Of a DNA stretch of 59,704 nt, positions 40,322 to 50,648 are shown piece after piece. The position numbers were made by a program, and so were the translations under genes. Below the pieces are notes generated by a model. The model ran no database searches and had not been told where the DNA came from. It saw only the letters and a list, made by a program, of their open reading frames with translations. Every line of letters begins with the position of its first letter. Positions within the stretch are counted from its first letter, which is position 1. Source of the DNA: Promethearchaeota archaeon. Lineage in GTDB: Archaea; Asgardarchaeota; Hermodarchaeia; Hermodarchaeales; Hermodarchaeaceae. The stretch lies in the NCBI GenBank assembly GCA_048939245.1, contig JBHLPR010000010.1, forward strand, positions 1 through 59,704, given 5' to 3'.

Positions 40322-43300
40322 TTAAATCCACATAGGCAAAAGAAAAACGAATTTCGCACCCTTCGTATGATTTCCTTCTACTCGGTCTTCAACCCAAATA
40401 CGACCCCCATATCGGTCAACTATTCGTTGTACTAACGTAAGACCAATCCCAGAACCTTGTGCCTTTTCAAAAACTCGTTGTGTGTATCGTGCAAAAATTC
40501 TCTCTTTCAGATCATCTGGAATACCAGGACCATGGTCACTTATTTCTATTCGTAGAAACCGCTTATTCGCATCAGGGCTGACCTGAACTTCAATCTCCAC
40601 TCTTTCATTTTGATCGAACTTTACTGCATTATGTAACACATTGAAAAATAAATCAAACAATAACTCATCAGCCAGAATCTTGTATTCCTCTGGGTGAATA
40701 TTGGTATCGAGAAAAATCGATTTTGAGGAGAACGCTTGTTTTACAGCATGAAGTGCTTCATGAAAGTCTGGCTCGATATCTCGAACCTCCATTAGCTTGT
40801 CAATTTCATCCAAACCCGAAAACTTCTTTACTCGACCAATTAGAGCCGCGCTTCGCTCAACCTGTTCTAATGATAATTGTAGCTGAGTTCGCAATTCTTC
40901 TGGTAGATCTGGATTCATTAATTGCAATTCCAAAGCTGAAAGAATGGCTTGATTGATATTGTTAAGATCATGGGCCATTAAATCAGTGAAAAATTCTGCA
41001 CGAGCTTTCGCTTCTTCCAGTGCACGTTCAGCAGCTTTTCGATCGGTGATGTTCCGAGTTACAATGATATACCCGGTTGGATTGCCATCTGCTCCAATTA
41101 ACATGGAGGCACTAATTTCTGCAGGGAATACGGTTCCATCACTAAGAATCACTGAAAATGGCGAAGGCATAGAAGATCCATGTTCTTTTGTGTTTTTGAG
41201 TGTTTCAATGGCTTTGGTTCGTTCTTCAGGAATTATAAAATCAAAACAATTCTTACCATGCAGTTCCTCAGGGGTCTTGAAGCCTAATAATTGAGCAGTG
41301 CGTTCATTGACTAGAAGGATAGTTCCATTAAGATCCGTTAGAGTTATTGAGTCAGGGGATGTCTCAACCAAGGAACGGTACCGTGCTTCTGATTCCCGTA
41401 AAATTTCATCTGCACGCATGCGTTGGGTGATATCTCGGCAAACTCCTCTAAAACCTTGAAGTTCCCCATTCTCCTCATATATGGGTCGCCCTGTAGCTTC
41501 AAGAAAAATGACATTTCCGTCTCGATGGATAAAACGATCCACAATATTTCTGAAAGGTTTCTGTTTGCTAAAGGACTCAACGAGGATTGGTTCTTCATTT
41601 TCTGTACTATCAGAATCTATGTATTCAAAAAATAGTCTCCCGATAATTTGACCCGCGGTGTACCCGAGAATATCCTCAACGGAACTATTCGAATAAGTAA
41701 ATTTACCTTCAGGATCCACTTCCCAAACCCAACCAGCGGTATCTTCGACAAGGGAACGAAATCTCTCTTCCGATGTTTTGAGTGCGATTTCCGCTAGCTT
41801 TCGTTCGGTGATATCCTCTCCAGAACTAATGATTCCAGTGCGATTTCCTTTCTCATCTTTCAATACTACAGTGTGCCACAGGATAATTCGCTCTTCGCCA
41901 TTCTTTCTGGTGATAGGGTTTTCCACGAATTCACTCAATTGGTGTGTGCCTGCCATTCCTTGATCAAAGAGCCTTTTCATATCATCTTGGTAAGATTTAG
42001 GGATACACAAATCAAAATAGTTCTGACCAATTAGCTCTTCTTCAGTATATCCGAAGATTTCACATCCTTTCCGATTAACAAGGAAAATTTTTTGGTCACG
42101 ATTAATACCAATGAATGCAGCGCCTGCAACATCCAGATATTGTTGGGCGCGGTCTCGTTCCATTCTTAGTAAATCTTCTGCAACTTTTCGTTCAGTGATA
42201 TCCTCACCAGCGGTTAAAGCACCGGTTGGATTCCCTGCTTCATCGAAAAACATGGTGGTATGCCATGAAACAAGTCTTTCAGCTCCTTCTTTGGTGATAA
42301 TTGGGTTCTCGACAAAGGTACGCGGTTCAACCTCACCTGCCATATTTGCACTGAATATCTTTTTCATTTCTGTCTGGAGCCTTTCGGGAAGACACAGGTC
42401 AAAATAGTTCTGCCCAAGCATTTCATCGTCGGTGTAACCGAAAATATCCAAGGTCTTCCGATTAACTAATGTAATAGTGCCCTCTGTATCAACAGCGATA
42501 AACATTACTCCTGCCATGTCCAGATAACGTTGAGCACGGTCTCGTTCCAAGCGTATGACCTCTTCGGTCATCTTTCGTTGATGAATATCCATTATTGCTG
42601 CTTGGGTTGCAGGTTTTCCTTGATATTCGATTACTGATAGGGTAAGTTCAAACCAGCGGACACTTCCATCTTTTAGGATCCCACGTAATTCCACACTGGA
42701 AGACACCGGTTTGCCTTGAATGATGTTTTGGAGTTGTTCCCATGGAAGATTGCGGTCATCTGGGTGAATAATATCAAAAATCTGCCAAGGCTTGAGTTGA
42801 AGAATCTCTTCTTCTGAGTAACCACTAATTCGAAGAAATGCAGGATTGATGAAAACGACTTTTCCGTCTTGGATGATGAATAATCCCTGTAGTGATTGGT
42901 CAACAAGTTGGCGATAGGCTTCTTCGGCGCGTTTTTGCTGTGTGATTTCTCGGGTTACTTCCACACATCCCAGAAGCTGCTTATGCTCGTCAAAGATAGG
43001 ATATCCTCTCACATGCCAGACACGTCCATCAGGGGTTGTCATTTCTCTTACTTGTATTTCACCGATTTGTCGTGCGGCAGCGACCGGACAATCAATACAG
43101 GGAGTATCACCACCAGTCCAAATCTCATAACAATGTTTGTCCAAGATATCATCAACGTGTAGATTGACGGATTCTGCGGCCGCTCGATTGGCCCATATGA
43201 TTCGATGCTCGGGGTCCTGGAAAATCACATGCTCCGAAATATTGTCTAAAATAATGGTTTTCTCATATTCCGATTGTTTTAACGCTTCTTGGCTCTCTTT

Positions 43301-43717
43301 GAGTTCGTATTGCTGTTGACGTAATTCCGAGATGTCTTTTTGGATAGAGATTGAGTACTTCAATGAGCCGTCTTTATCTCGGATGGCATTAGCGTTAAGC
43401 AATACAGTACGTTGTTCACCTGATTTACTCTGAATGATTACTTCTTCGTCAATAATAGATCCTGTTACCTGCCAGGCAGAAAATAGTTCATCCACTTTGT
43501 GTTTGGATTCGGAAGCATAGATTGTTCGAATATGTTTCCCGATGAGTTCAACGCGGTTAAAACCCAACACTTTGAGTGCAGCTTTGTTCAAGTCGAGAAT
43601 GATGCCTTTGGGCGAGACCATATAACAATACAACGGGGCGTTTTCAAAGAAGTGCCGAAACCGCAAATCATCTTCGTTACTGTTTAACCCTTGTTCGTCT
43701 CGATTATGTAAAGACAT
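40322..43717 (-). CDS. Cytoplasmic multi-PAS sensor histidine kinase (7 PAS domains)
   Basis: Repeated DIT/DIS-ERK-type PAS ends; H-box LMAHDLNN; N-box NAVKF; DHGPGI; GSGIGL. Confidence 0.92.
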   Translation of the reverse strand: MSLHNRDEQGLNSNEDDLRFRHFFENAPLYCYMVSPKGIILDLNKAALKVLGFNRVELIGKHIRTIYASESKHKVDELFSAWQVTGSIIDEEVIIQSKSGEQRTVLLNANAIRDKDGSLKYSISIQKDISELRQQQYELKESQEALKQSEYEKTIILDNISEHVIFQDPEHRIIWANRAAAESVNLHVDDILDKHCYEIWTGGDTPCIDCPVAAARQIGEIQVREMTTPDGRVWHVRGYPIFDEHKQLLGCVEVTREITQQKRAEEAYRQLVDQSLQGLFIIQDGKVVFINPAFLRISGYSEEEILQLKPWQIFDIIHPDDRNLPWEQLQNIIQGKPVSSSVELRGILKDGSVRWFELTLSVIEYQGKPATQAAIMDIHQRKMTEEVIRLERDRAQRYLDMAGVMFIAVDTEGTITLVNRKTLDIFGYTDDEMLGQNYFDLCLPERLQTEMKKIFSANMAGEVEPRTFVENPIITKEGAERLVSWHTTMFFDEAGNPTGALTAGEDITERKVAEDLLRMERDRAQQYLDVAGAAFIGINRDQKIFLVNRKGCEIFGYTEEELIGQNYFDLCIPKSYQDDMKRLFDQGMAGTHQLSEFVENPITRKNGEERIILWHTVVLKDEKGNRTGIISSGEDITERKLAEIALKTSEERFRSLVEDTAGWVWEVDPEGKFTYSNSSVEDILGYTAGQIIGRLFFEYIDSDSTENEEPILVESFSKQKPFRNIVDRFIHRDGNVIFLEATGRPIYEENGELQGFRGVCRDITQRMRADEILRESEARYRSLVETSPDSITLTDLNGTILLVNERTAQLLGFKTPEELHGKNCFDFIIPEERTKAIETLKNTKEHGSSMPSPFSVILSDGTVFPAEISASMLIGADGNPTGYIIVTRNITDRKAAERALEEAKARAEFFTDLMAHDLNNINQAILSALELQLMNPDLPEELRTQLQLSLEQVERSAALIGRVKKFSGLDEIDKLMEVRDIEPDFHEALHAVKQAFSSKSIFLDTNIHPEEYKILADELLFDLFFNVLHNAVKFDQNERVEIEVQVSPDANKRFLRIEISDHGPGIPDDLKERIFARYTQRVFEKAQGSGIGLTLVQRIVDRYGGRIWVEDRVEGNHTKGAKFVFLLPMWI

Positions 43718-43985
43718 ATTCGTGCACGCTAATGTCTTTCAATATCCCCAAACTCAGGAGCCTTAAGAATCAGTGCTGGAAATCAGTACATATCTGTTTC
43801 GGGTTTTCTGCAAATGAACCGGTAAATCTGCGTGAATCACACCTAAATCTCCCAAAGTTTTAAATAGCGCTTTCCGTGACCGGAACGCGTTCTCCTCCGG
43901 AAGAAGAGATAATGTGATTCTGGGGGAACACAGATCTGAATCCCCACAGCATTATGCTTGCTAGTAAAGACACCGGTGACAAGCA

Positions 43986-45950
43986 TTGAGTAAAATTGAG
44001 ATTACATCAACCGAATCCCGGAAATTTCCACCATCCAAGGCTTTCAAAAAACAAGCCCTTATCAAGGACATGGAAGAACTCGGGAAAATCTATCAGGAGT
44101 CCATTAAAGATCCCCAAGCTTTCTGGGCTAAACAAGCTGAAAACCTCGAATGGTTCGAAAAGTGGTCTGGTCCTGTTCACACTTGGGACCCCACTGAAGC
44201 TCGGCACACCTGGTTCAAAGGCGGAAAATTGAATGCCGCGTATAACTGTCTGGACCGCCATTTGAATACTGAAAGAAAAGATAAAATAGCCATTATCTGG
44301 GAAGGTGACGATCCTAACCAGAGCAAAACGTTCACCTACCAACAGCTTCATGAGGAAGTCTCAAAATTTGCTAACGTTCTCAAAAAACTCGGTTACAAAA
44401 AAGGTGACCGAATAGCGATCTATCTGCCCATGATTCCAGAGCTTGCAATTGCTATGCTCGCCTGTGCCCGTTTGGGTGTCATTCACAGTATTGTGTTTGG
44501 TGGTTTTAGTGCTGATAGTCTCAAAGATCGAATTTTGGATGCTACTTGTGTTGGTCTAATCACTAGTGATGGCAGTTATCGTGGTGGTAAATCAATACCT
44601 TTGAAGACTAATGCTGATGAGGCTCTCAAAAGTTGCCCGAAGGTCAAATACAATATTGTTGTCAAACGGACCGGGATCGATGTTGATATGAAGGCTAAAC
44701 GAGACCTCTGGTGGCATGAACTTATGGAAGATCCCGATGTGCAAGGTGAATGCCCGGCTGAAAAGATGGATGCAGAAGATCCCCTTTTCATCCTTTACAC
44801 TAGTGGTTCAACTGGTAAACCTAAGGGCGTTCTTCACACCACTGCCGGTTATCTGACTTATACTATGACCACCTTCAAGTACATCTTCGACTACCACGAA
44901 GAAGAAATCTACTGGTGTACTGCAGACATCGGCTGGATCACAGGGCACAGCTATATTGTGTATGGTCCTCTGGCTGCAGGGGCTACCAGTGTTATGTTTG
45001 AAGGCGTGCCAACTTATCCCGAACCCGATCGATTTTGGGCTATCGTGGAAAAATACAAGATTAACCAATTCTATACCGCACCCACTGCTATTCGTGCCAT
45101 TATGCGCCATGGAGATGAATGGGTGAATAAACACGATCTCAGTAGCCTGAAACTCTTAGGAACGGTTGGAGAACCCATCAACCCTGAAGCTTGGCTCTGG
45201 TATTATAAGGTGGTTGGGAGGGAAAAAGCCCCAATCGTTGATACCTACTGGCAAACAGAAACCGGTGGTGTCGTAATTACACCCATTCCCGGCGCCGTTC
45301 CCTTAAAACCCGGGTCTGCAACCCTACCGTTCTTTGGTATTGAAGCCATGATCGTGGATGAATCAGGGCAAGAGGTTGGGGTGAACGAAGGAGGTTATCT
45401 AGTTATTAAAAAGCCGTGGCCCGGATTAATGCGCACAGTATACGGTGACCACCAACGCTTCGTTGAGACCTACTTCAAGACATTCCCCCCCTACTACATG
45501 ACAGGTGATGGTGCACGAAAAGATGAAGATGGCTATTTTTGGGTCGTTGGCCGTATTGATGATGTGGTTAACGTTTCTGGACATCGAATGGGAACTGCAG
45601 AAATAGAGTCTGCACTTGTTTCACATCAATCGGTCGCTGAGGCTGCGGTCGTGGGGTTCCCCCATGATATTAAGGGCCAAGCCCTCTACTGCTTTGTCAC
45701 CTTGAAGATGGGCTTCGAAAAAACCGATGCGCTTCGTCAAGAACTCCGAACACATGTACGAAAAGAAATCGGTCCAATTGCTACCCCAGATAAAATCCAG
45801 TTTGCAGATGCTCTTCCCAAAACCCGCAGCGGAAAGATAATGCGCCGTATCCTGAAGAAAATCGCTGCAGGCGAAACGAAGGATTTGGGTGACACCACAA
45901 CCTTAGCTGATCCTTCAGTGGTACAAAAACTAATCAAAGAACGGGTATAG
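43986..45950 (+). CDS. acs: Acetyl-CoA synthetase (AMP-forming)
   Basis: [48 protein letters not shown]. Confidence 0.95.
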   Translation: MSKIEITSTESRKFPPSKAFKKQALIKDMEELGKIYQESIKDPQAFWAKQAENLEWFEKWSGPVHTWDPTEARHTWFKGGKLNAAYNCLDRHLNTERKDKIAIIWEGDDPNQSKTFTYQQLHEEVSKFANVLKKLGYKKGDRIAIYLPMIPELAIAMLACARLGVIHSIVFGGFSADSLKDRILDATCVGLITSDGSYRGGKSIPLKTNADEALKSCPKVKYNIVVKRTGIDVDMKAKRDLWWHELMEDPDVQGECPAEKMDAEDPLFILYTSGSTGKPKGVLHTTAGYLTYTMTTFKYIFDYHEEEIYWCTADIGWITGHSYIVYGPLAAGATSVMFEGVPTYPEPDRFWAIVEKYKINQFYTAPTAIRAIMRHGDEWVNKHDLSSLKLLGTVGEPINPEAWLWYYKVVGREKAPIVDTYWQTETGGVVITPIPGAVPLKPGSATLPFFGIEAMIVDESGQEVGVNEGGYLVIKKPWPGLMRTVYGDHQRFVETYFKTFPPYYMTGDGARKDEDGYFWVVGRIDDVVNVSGHRMGTAEIESALVSHQSVAEAAVVGFPHDIKGQALYCFVTLKMGFEKTDALRQELRTHVRKEIGPIATPDKIQFADALPKTRSGKIMRRILKKIAAGETKDLGDTTTLADPSVVQKLIKERV

Positions 45951-45962
45951 GTTTCACAAACC

Positions 45963-45998
45963 GGGAGACCAGCGAGTCTCCCCTTTTATTTCTTTTTT
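45963..45998 (+). terminator. Hairpin + U-tract after acs
   Basis: GGGAGAC-CAGCGA-GTCTCCC then CTTTTATTTCTTTTTT. Confidence 0.7.
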
Positions 45999-46149
45999 GA
46001 AATTTCTGAGCTAATACCTTTTTCTGAACCTGCCGGTTACTAAGGAATTATAGCATCTTTCGTACTAATCGAGTAGGTAGATTGATCAAAGGTCATCTCT
46101 GAAACGGGAATATACCCGTTGAGTCTTAGCAGATAATTGCATCTATTCG

Positions 46150-47916
46150 ATGGTGTTATTCTTGTTAATCGAGGGAATAGAAACAATTGAAGAGGCTGGG
46201 CATTTAGGAGATTTCTATCTGCGTGTCTTACAGAGCCAAGCCATCATTTGGCTTTTATCAATAAATGTGTGGGAAAAAAAAGAACAACGGAATACAAAGC
46301 CAATTATTTTGTTAATTGGATTGTCCAGTTTGTTTTGGTTTCTTTTCCGAACAGGAACGAAACCAACGCGAGCTACATATCCTTGCCAGCGTGCTGCAGC
46401 CAAAGCTATCTCGATGTCAACGAAATTATTTCTTCCTGCTGCATTTTCTTCTATTTTCTTAGGATTCTCATTTCGCCAGTTAACAATGCCCATAAGAAGA
46501 CTAGGTGAGGGAATTAAACGATATTGGAAACCCATTGTTGTACTTTTTGTCATCATTTCGACTGCAGGGGTTAGTATTACTTTATTATGGAATAATCTCC
46601 ATCCAATGCCATCAGGGAACTCTGTCAACCTTTTTCTGACTCCACAAACGGCTACCTCTTCACCAACATCCGACATCTATGTTCTCAATGGTCTGGATTT
46701 AGCAAGTATCCCAAATCTCATCAATCTCATGGGCTCTCACGGATTGGATTTTTACCACTCGATTACTATGGATACTAATCAAGGTCCTTCAGGGCTCATC
46801 GCATACAATGACGTGGTGTTAATCAAAATAAACAGTCAATGGGCAGAAAGAGGTGGCACAAACACTGATTTGCTCCGGCAATTAATCCAGGCTATTCTTA
46901 ATCATCCGGATGGATTCGAAGGAGAAATTGTAATAGCGGATAATGGTCAGGGTTTTGGAAGTTTGGATTGGTCGGAAAGTAATGCTGAAAATCCAAGTCA
47001 ATCAGTTGCAAACGTTGTGCAGAGTTTTTCTTCTAGCCACCCTGTGAATCTGTATGACTGGCAAACGATTCGGGGAAACGAAGTTCAAGAGTACTCCGAT
47101 GGCGACATGGAAGACGGCTATATTCTCTATGATCTTCCAGACCCGGAAACCGGCATCCATGTCACATATCCCAAATTTCAGACAACAGATGGTACCTATA
47201 TCAGTTTCAAGTATGGGGTTTGGAATGGCACCTCGTTCGAGAACCGACTTAAGGTTATAAACTTCCCTATCCTTAAATCACATCTCCTGTATGGAATAAC
47301 TGGTGCAGTCAAGCACTATATGGGAGTAGAATCGGAAGGACAAGCGAATCCCGGTGGGCTCGGGGATGGCCATTTTAGTATTGCGGATGGAGGTATGGGC
47401 ACGCTTCTCGCCGAAACCCGTTATCCTATTCTAAATATTATGGATGCGATATGGGTAAATGCTAACCCGTGGCCTTCCGTACGATGTGGACCGTCCACTT
47501 CTTATGAAGACGCCACACGCGTGAACGTCTTGATGGCAAGTATAGACCCTATTGCTTTAGACTACTGGTCCGCTAAACACGTTCTTGTTCAAGCAGCTGA
47601 ATTAATCGGATACGATGACGTTTCTGCACTCGATCCAGATAGTTCCACAAGAGGTATCCTTCTGGAGGCTTTTGGCGTATGGCTTCGAAACAGCGAAACC
47701 GAACTCATCCAAAACGGATTCAATGTGACCTGCAATGAATCCCGAATGAATGTCCACGTTATTCAACCGTTCGGATTTTCTAACGATTTATTTACTTTTT
47801 CAATTACACAAAAGCTAATCCTGTTACATATGGAAAGAAGAAGTCCTTCATACAACTCTATTCCCCAATGTTACAACTGCTTCGCATCAGAGCATTTTAT
47901 AGAAACTAACGCATGA
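46150..47916 (+). CDS. Membrane-anchored DUF362-family protein (start uncertain)
   Basis: N-terminal TMs with YPCQRAA; VLIKIN, PILKSH..ITGAVKHYMG, DPIALD. Confidence 0.7.
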   Translation: MVLFLLIEGIETIEEAGHLGDFYLRVLQSQAIIWLLSINVWEKKEQRNTKPIILLIGLSSLFWFLFRTGTKPTRATYPCQRAAAKAISMSTKLFLPAAFSSIFLGFSFRQLTMPIRRLGEGIKRYWKPIVVLFVIISTAGVSITLLWNNLHPMPSGNSVNLFLTPQTATSSPTSDIYVLNGLDLASIPNLINLMGSHGLDFYHSITMDTNQGPSGLIAYNDVVLIKINSQWAERGGTNTDLLRQLIQAILNHPDGFEGEIVIADNGQGFGSLDWSESNAENPSQSVANVVQSFSSSHPVNLYDWQTIRGNEVQEYSDGDMEDGYILYDLPDPETGIHVTYPKFQTTDGTYISFKYGVWNGTSFENRLKVINFPILKSHLLYGITGAVKHYMGVESEGQANPGGLGDGHFSIADGGMGTLLAETRYPILNIMDAIWVNANPWPSVRCGPSTSYEDATRVNVLMASIDPIALDYWSAKHVLVQAAELIGYDDVSALDPDSSTRGILLEAFGVWLRNSETELIQNGFNVTCNESRMNVHVIQPFGFSNDLFTFSITQKLILLHMERRSPSYNSIPQCYNCFASEHFIETNA

Positions 47917-47945
47917 TTAATAACCACTAGATAGTGGCGATACTT

Positions 47946-48713
47946 ATGGCATTACAGGATTTATTAATCCTGGATCATTTCCTCTATTCGTTTAGTCTCC
48001 CGGTCTTTAAGCGACTTCAGGCATTATGTAACCTGCTTAAGAAGTGCGAATATCGTCAAATTGTACGACCTGATGCCCGCTATGATGGAGTATATCTCAT
48101 TGCCCAAGATGGCAGCTACTTTGAAATGTTAAGACATGAAGAACAAACACCGAATATCTTCTCGTTAGCTATGGCTTCATTGTCGCCTACGCAAGCTACC
48201 GTTCGCCTACTTACTTCCAAGTATTCGGATCTTCAATGGTTCACCCAAGAAATCCATGATTCAGAGGATAGACCATGGTACACCTATTATGGTCAAGTTC
48301 CAATCACCGAGATGCATCGACAAGGACTGATAATATGGGCCATGCTCTATCATAACCTCCGCCGCCATCAACCCTATCAATATCAAAAGAAACCACCTTC
48401 AACAAAGGATTTTACTATCAAAGAATTCACAGCGGCCCGCATTCAAATACCACCCAGTTATTTGGATATGATTCGAGTACAATCCCAATGGATACCAGGC
48501 AACCATACAATCAGCGATCAAAAAGTGATCTTACGTCTACTGAATCCGTCCTTTAACGAATTCGAAGTAAGCTTTGAAGTTGATGCAGAAAAAGCCCAAA
48601 GTCGACCTATAAGTATCTCGATGCAATTAACTAAAGACGCACCAATTAAATCTCAGCAAATCAAAGGCATCCACCTAACAAGATTACAGGATAGGCTTAT
48701 TATCAACTTCTAA
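47946..48713 (+). CDS. Hypothetical protein, possibly VOC/DUF5829-like
   Basis: LDHF...YDGVYL....SYFEML pattern; family call is weak. Confidence 0.5.
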   Translation: MALQDLLILDHFLYSFSLPVFKRLQALCNLLKKCEYRQIVRPDARYDGVYLIAQDGSYFEMLRHEEQTPNIFSLAMASLSPTQATVRLLTSKYSDLQWFTQEIHDSEDRPWYTYYGQVPITEMHRQGLIIWAMLYHNLRRHQPYQYQKKPPSTKDFTIKEFTAARIQIPPSYLDMIRVQSQWIPGNHTISDQKVILRLLNPSFNEFEVSFEVDAEKAQSRPISISMQLTKDAPIKSQQIKGIHLTRLQDRLIINF

Positions 48714-48838
48714 TAGTCACTGTTAGTTTCTCACTAATCAAATATTCCACCTATCTTCCATAGAGAAGTCAAAAATCCTTGTTTTTTTCCGTAACTATTA
48801 ATACTAGTTCTCAAATTGATGCCCTAAGGTGTATCATT

Positions 48839-49174
48839 TTGTCAGATGAAACAGCTTCTACCCTAATTTTCATCGGCGCGATTTTTCAACTCCTTGCCAC
48901 AATCGCATTGATGGTGGTTGGAGGTCTTGGCTTCATTCTTCCCATCATCTTCGGAGCTCCACTGGACTTTTGGCTATTAATTCCTGCATTCTTTTTCATT
49001 GGAGGAATCATCAGTCTAATTTTCGCCATCCTCTGGTTTGGATGGCGGCATGAACCAAGCCTCAATAAAACCTCCCTCATCATCACCGGTGTCCTTGCCT
49101 TAATCTTTGGTGGTTTCCTACCAGGATTACTCGTATTGATAGGCGGTGTAATTGCTGGCGAAGAATCCGCATAA
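48839..49174 (+). CDS. Small membrane protein
   Basis: TTG start giving MSDETAST...; 3-4 TM segments, GGFLPGLLVLIGG. Confidence 0.7.
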   Translation: MSDETASTLIFIGAIFQLLATIALMVVGGLGFILPIIFGAPLDFWLLIPAFFFIGGIISLIFAILWFGWRHEPSLNKTSLIITGVLALIFGGFLPGLLVLIGGVIAGEESA

Positions 49175-49176
49175 CT

Positions 49177-49220
49177 GGGTCAATTAGATCCATTAAATTG
49201 ACCCTCTCCTTCTCTTTTTT
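49177..49220 (+). terminator. Hairpin + U-tract
   Basis: GGGTCAATT...AATTGACCC then TCTCCTTCTCTTTTTT. Confidence 0.6.
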
Positions 49221-49466
49221 CGAATTATTCGACTCTAAAATGTGGAGTTGGAATTTACATTTACAGCTGAGCTATTGACGTTCTTGCATCGAAAAATTGC
49301 CCGGTGTCACTGCGAAGTCCGGAGCCTCAACTCGGGTGCAGGGACCTGATCTTCCCCTCTTCAATTATCTCTGCTAAAATCAATCAGGAAAAACTTTCCG
49401 ACATAACACTCACTTTCACTCTTTATTGATTTCCATCTGATTAGGGGCTTATTGATGCCTTATTGA

Positions 49467-49628
49467 CTAATACCATAAAAGGAGGAAAATAACAACACCA
49501 ATACCAAAGATAAGTAGCCCGATGGGTATGAGATATGGTGGGATATAACTTAGGAGGAACCCTAAAAGTATCAGATTTTCACTAAATATGCTAACAAAAT
49601 AACTCTTCAAAAATTTGCGCAAGCGCAT
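49467..49628 (-). CDS. Small (53 aa) membrane protein, below the ORF-track cutoff
   Basis: MRLRKFLKSYFVSIFSENLILLGFLLSYIPPYLIPIGLLIFGIGVVIFLLLWY*; basic N-terminus and two hydrophobic helices. Confidence 0.5.
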   Translation of the reverse strand: MRLRKFLKSYFVSIFSENLILLGFLLSYIPPYLIPIGLLIFGIGVVIFLLLWY

Positions 49629-49711
49629 GGAAAATAACTGATAAAAGAGCTACAAGTGATTCTTTACATATTTGCTAATAATTTTTGGTCTGGTCGAATT
49701 AAGTAACGTTA

Positions 49712-50038
49712 CTACTCAGCTATTCCATCAAACATATGGCGCATTTGACTTTGATATTTCTCAAACGCTTTTCGTCCTGCCTGGGTAAGCTGCAATAGAG
49801 AGTACGGCTTACGGTCAACAAATTTCTTAATTACCTCAACATATCCTGCATTCTCCAATTTTGTGATATGGGAAGATAAATTCCCCCATGTTAATTTCGT
49901 CTGTTGCTTAAGAAATAAGAAATCTGCCCTGTCTAACACATACAGATAGGACATAATGATGAGTCGAGCCGGTTCATGAATTATACGATCAATATCATCA
50001 ATGATGGGGATTTTTGGCTCCACTGGATCTTCAGACAC
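49712..50038 (-). CDS. Winged-helix transcriptional regulator (MarR/HTH_34-like)
   Basis: DRIIHEPARL.I, LTWGNLSSH..KLE.AGYV, RKP...LT..GR.AF. Confidence 0.9.
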   Translation of the reverse strand: MSEDPVEPKIPIIDDIDRIIHEPARLIIMSYLYVLDRADFLFLKQQTKLTWGNLSSHITKLENAGYVEVIKKFVDRKPYSLLQLTQAGRKAFEKYQSQMRHMFDGIAE

Positions 50039-50648
50039 CCTCCATCTCTCCAGGCTCTTTTTTTGGGTAGGACCGAGTAAACCTGATCAACAGGAATGAA
50101 CCATAAGCAATCATGACAAGTCCAAGTACCAACAAAGGAAGAACAAGAAGCATTGGAATAAAGAAGGTGATTACAGTGGAAACGAGAAGAACACCACCAT
50201 AACTGATAAACCGCCTTATACTCGAAAAATAACCAACGCAGGCCAACAGAATCGCACCAACGATTCCTAACAAAAGTATTGTGAACCCGGACTCGAAAAT
50301 TAAAATTCCTAACGGTGGAAAAATCCATGCGAAAATACCAAGAATGTTAGCAAATACGAGCACAACCATAAAAACTAACAGAATATACTGAATTCGTCGT
50401 CGACGAGTCTGGGAAAATTCAACATAACCCATGCGAGGAACCGTAATCGACTTTTTAGCCGCAGCATATGAAGACATAAGTGCGACAAACCCCCCGATTA
50501 AAAATATCCAAAACTCTGGCAAAAACCAAATCATCAAGGCTAGAAGAAACAATGTGGAGCCTACAAAGATGTCCAATAAACCGTCTTCGTGATACGAAAG
50601 AAAAGCGCGGCGTTCAATAGTCTCAAGATCTATACTCTTGCTCATCAT
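50031..50648 (-). CDS. Membrane protein (paralog A)
   Basis: IERRAF.SYHEDGLLDIF, ITVPRMGYVEF; about 6 TM segments. Confidence 0.8.
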   Translation of the reverse strand: MMSKSIDLETIERRAFLSYHEDGLLDIFVGSTLFLLALMIWFLPEFWIFLIGGFVALMSSYAAAKKSITVPRMGYVEFSQTRRRRIQYILLVFMVVLVFANILGIFAWIFPPLGILIFESGFTILLLGIVGAILLACVGYFSSIRRFISYGGVLLVSTVITFFIPMLLVLPLLVLGLVMIAYGSFLLIRFTRSYPKKEPGEMEGV

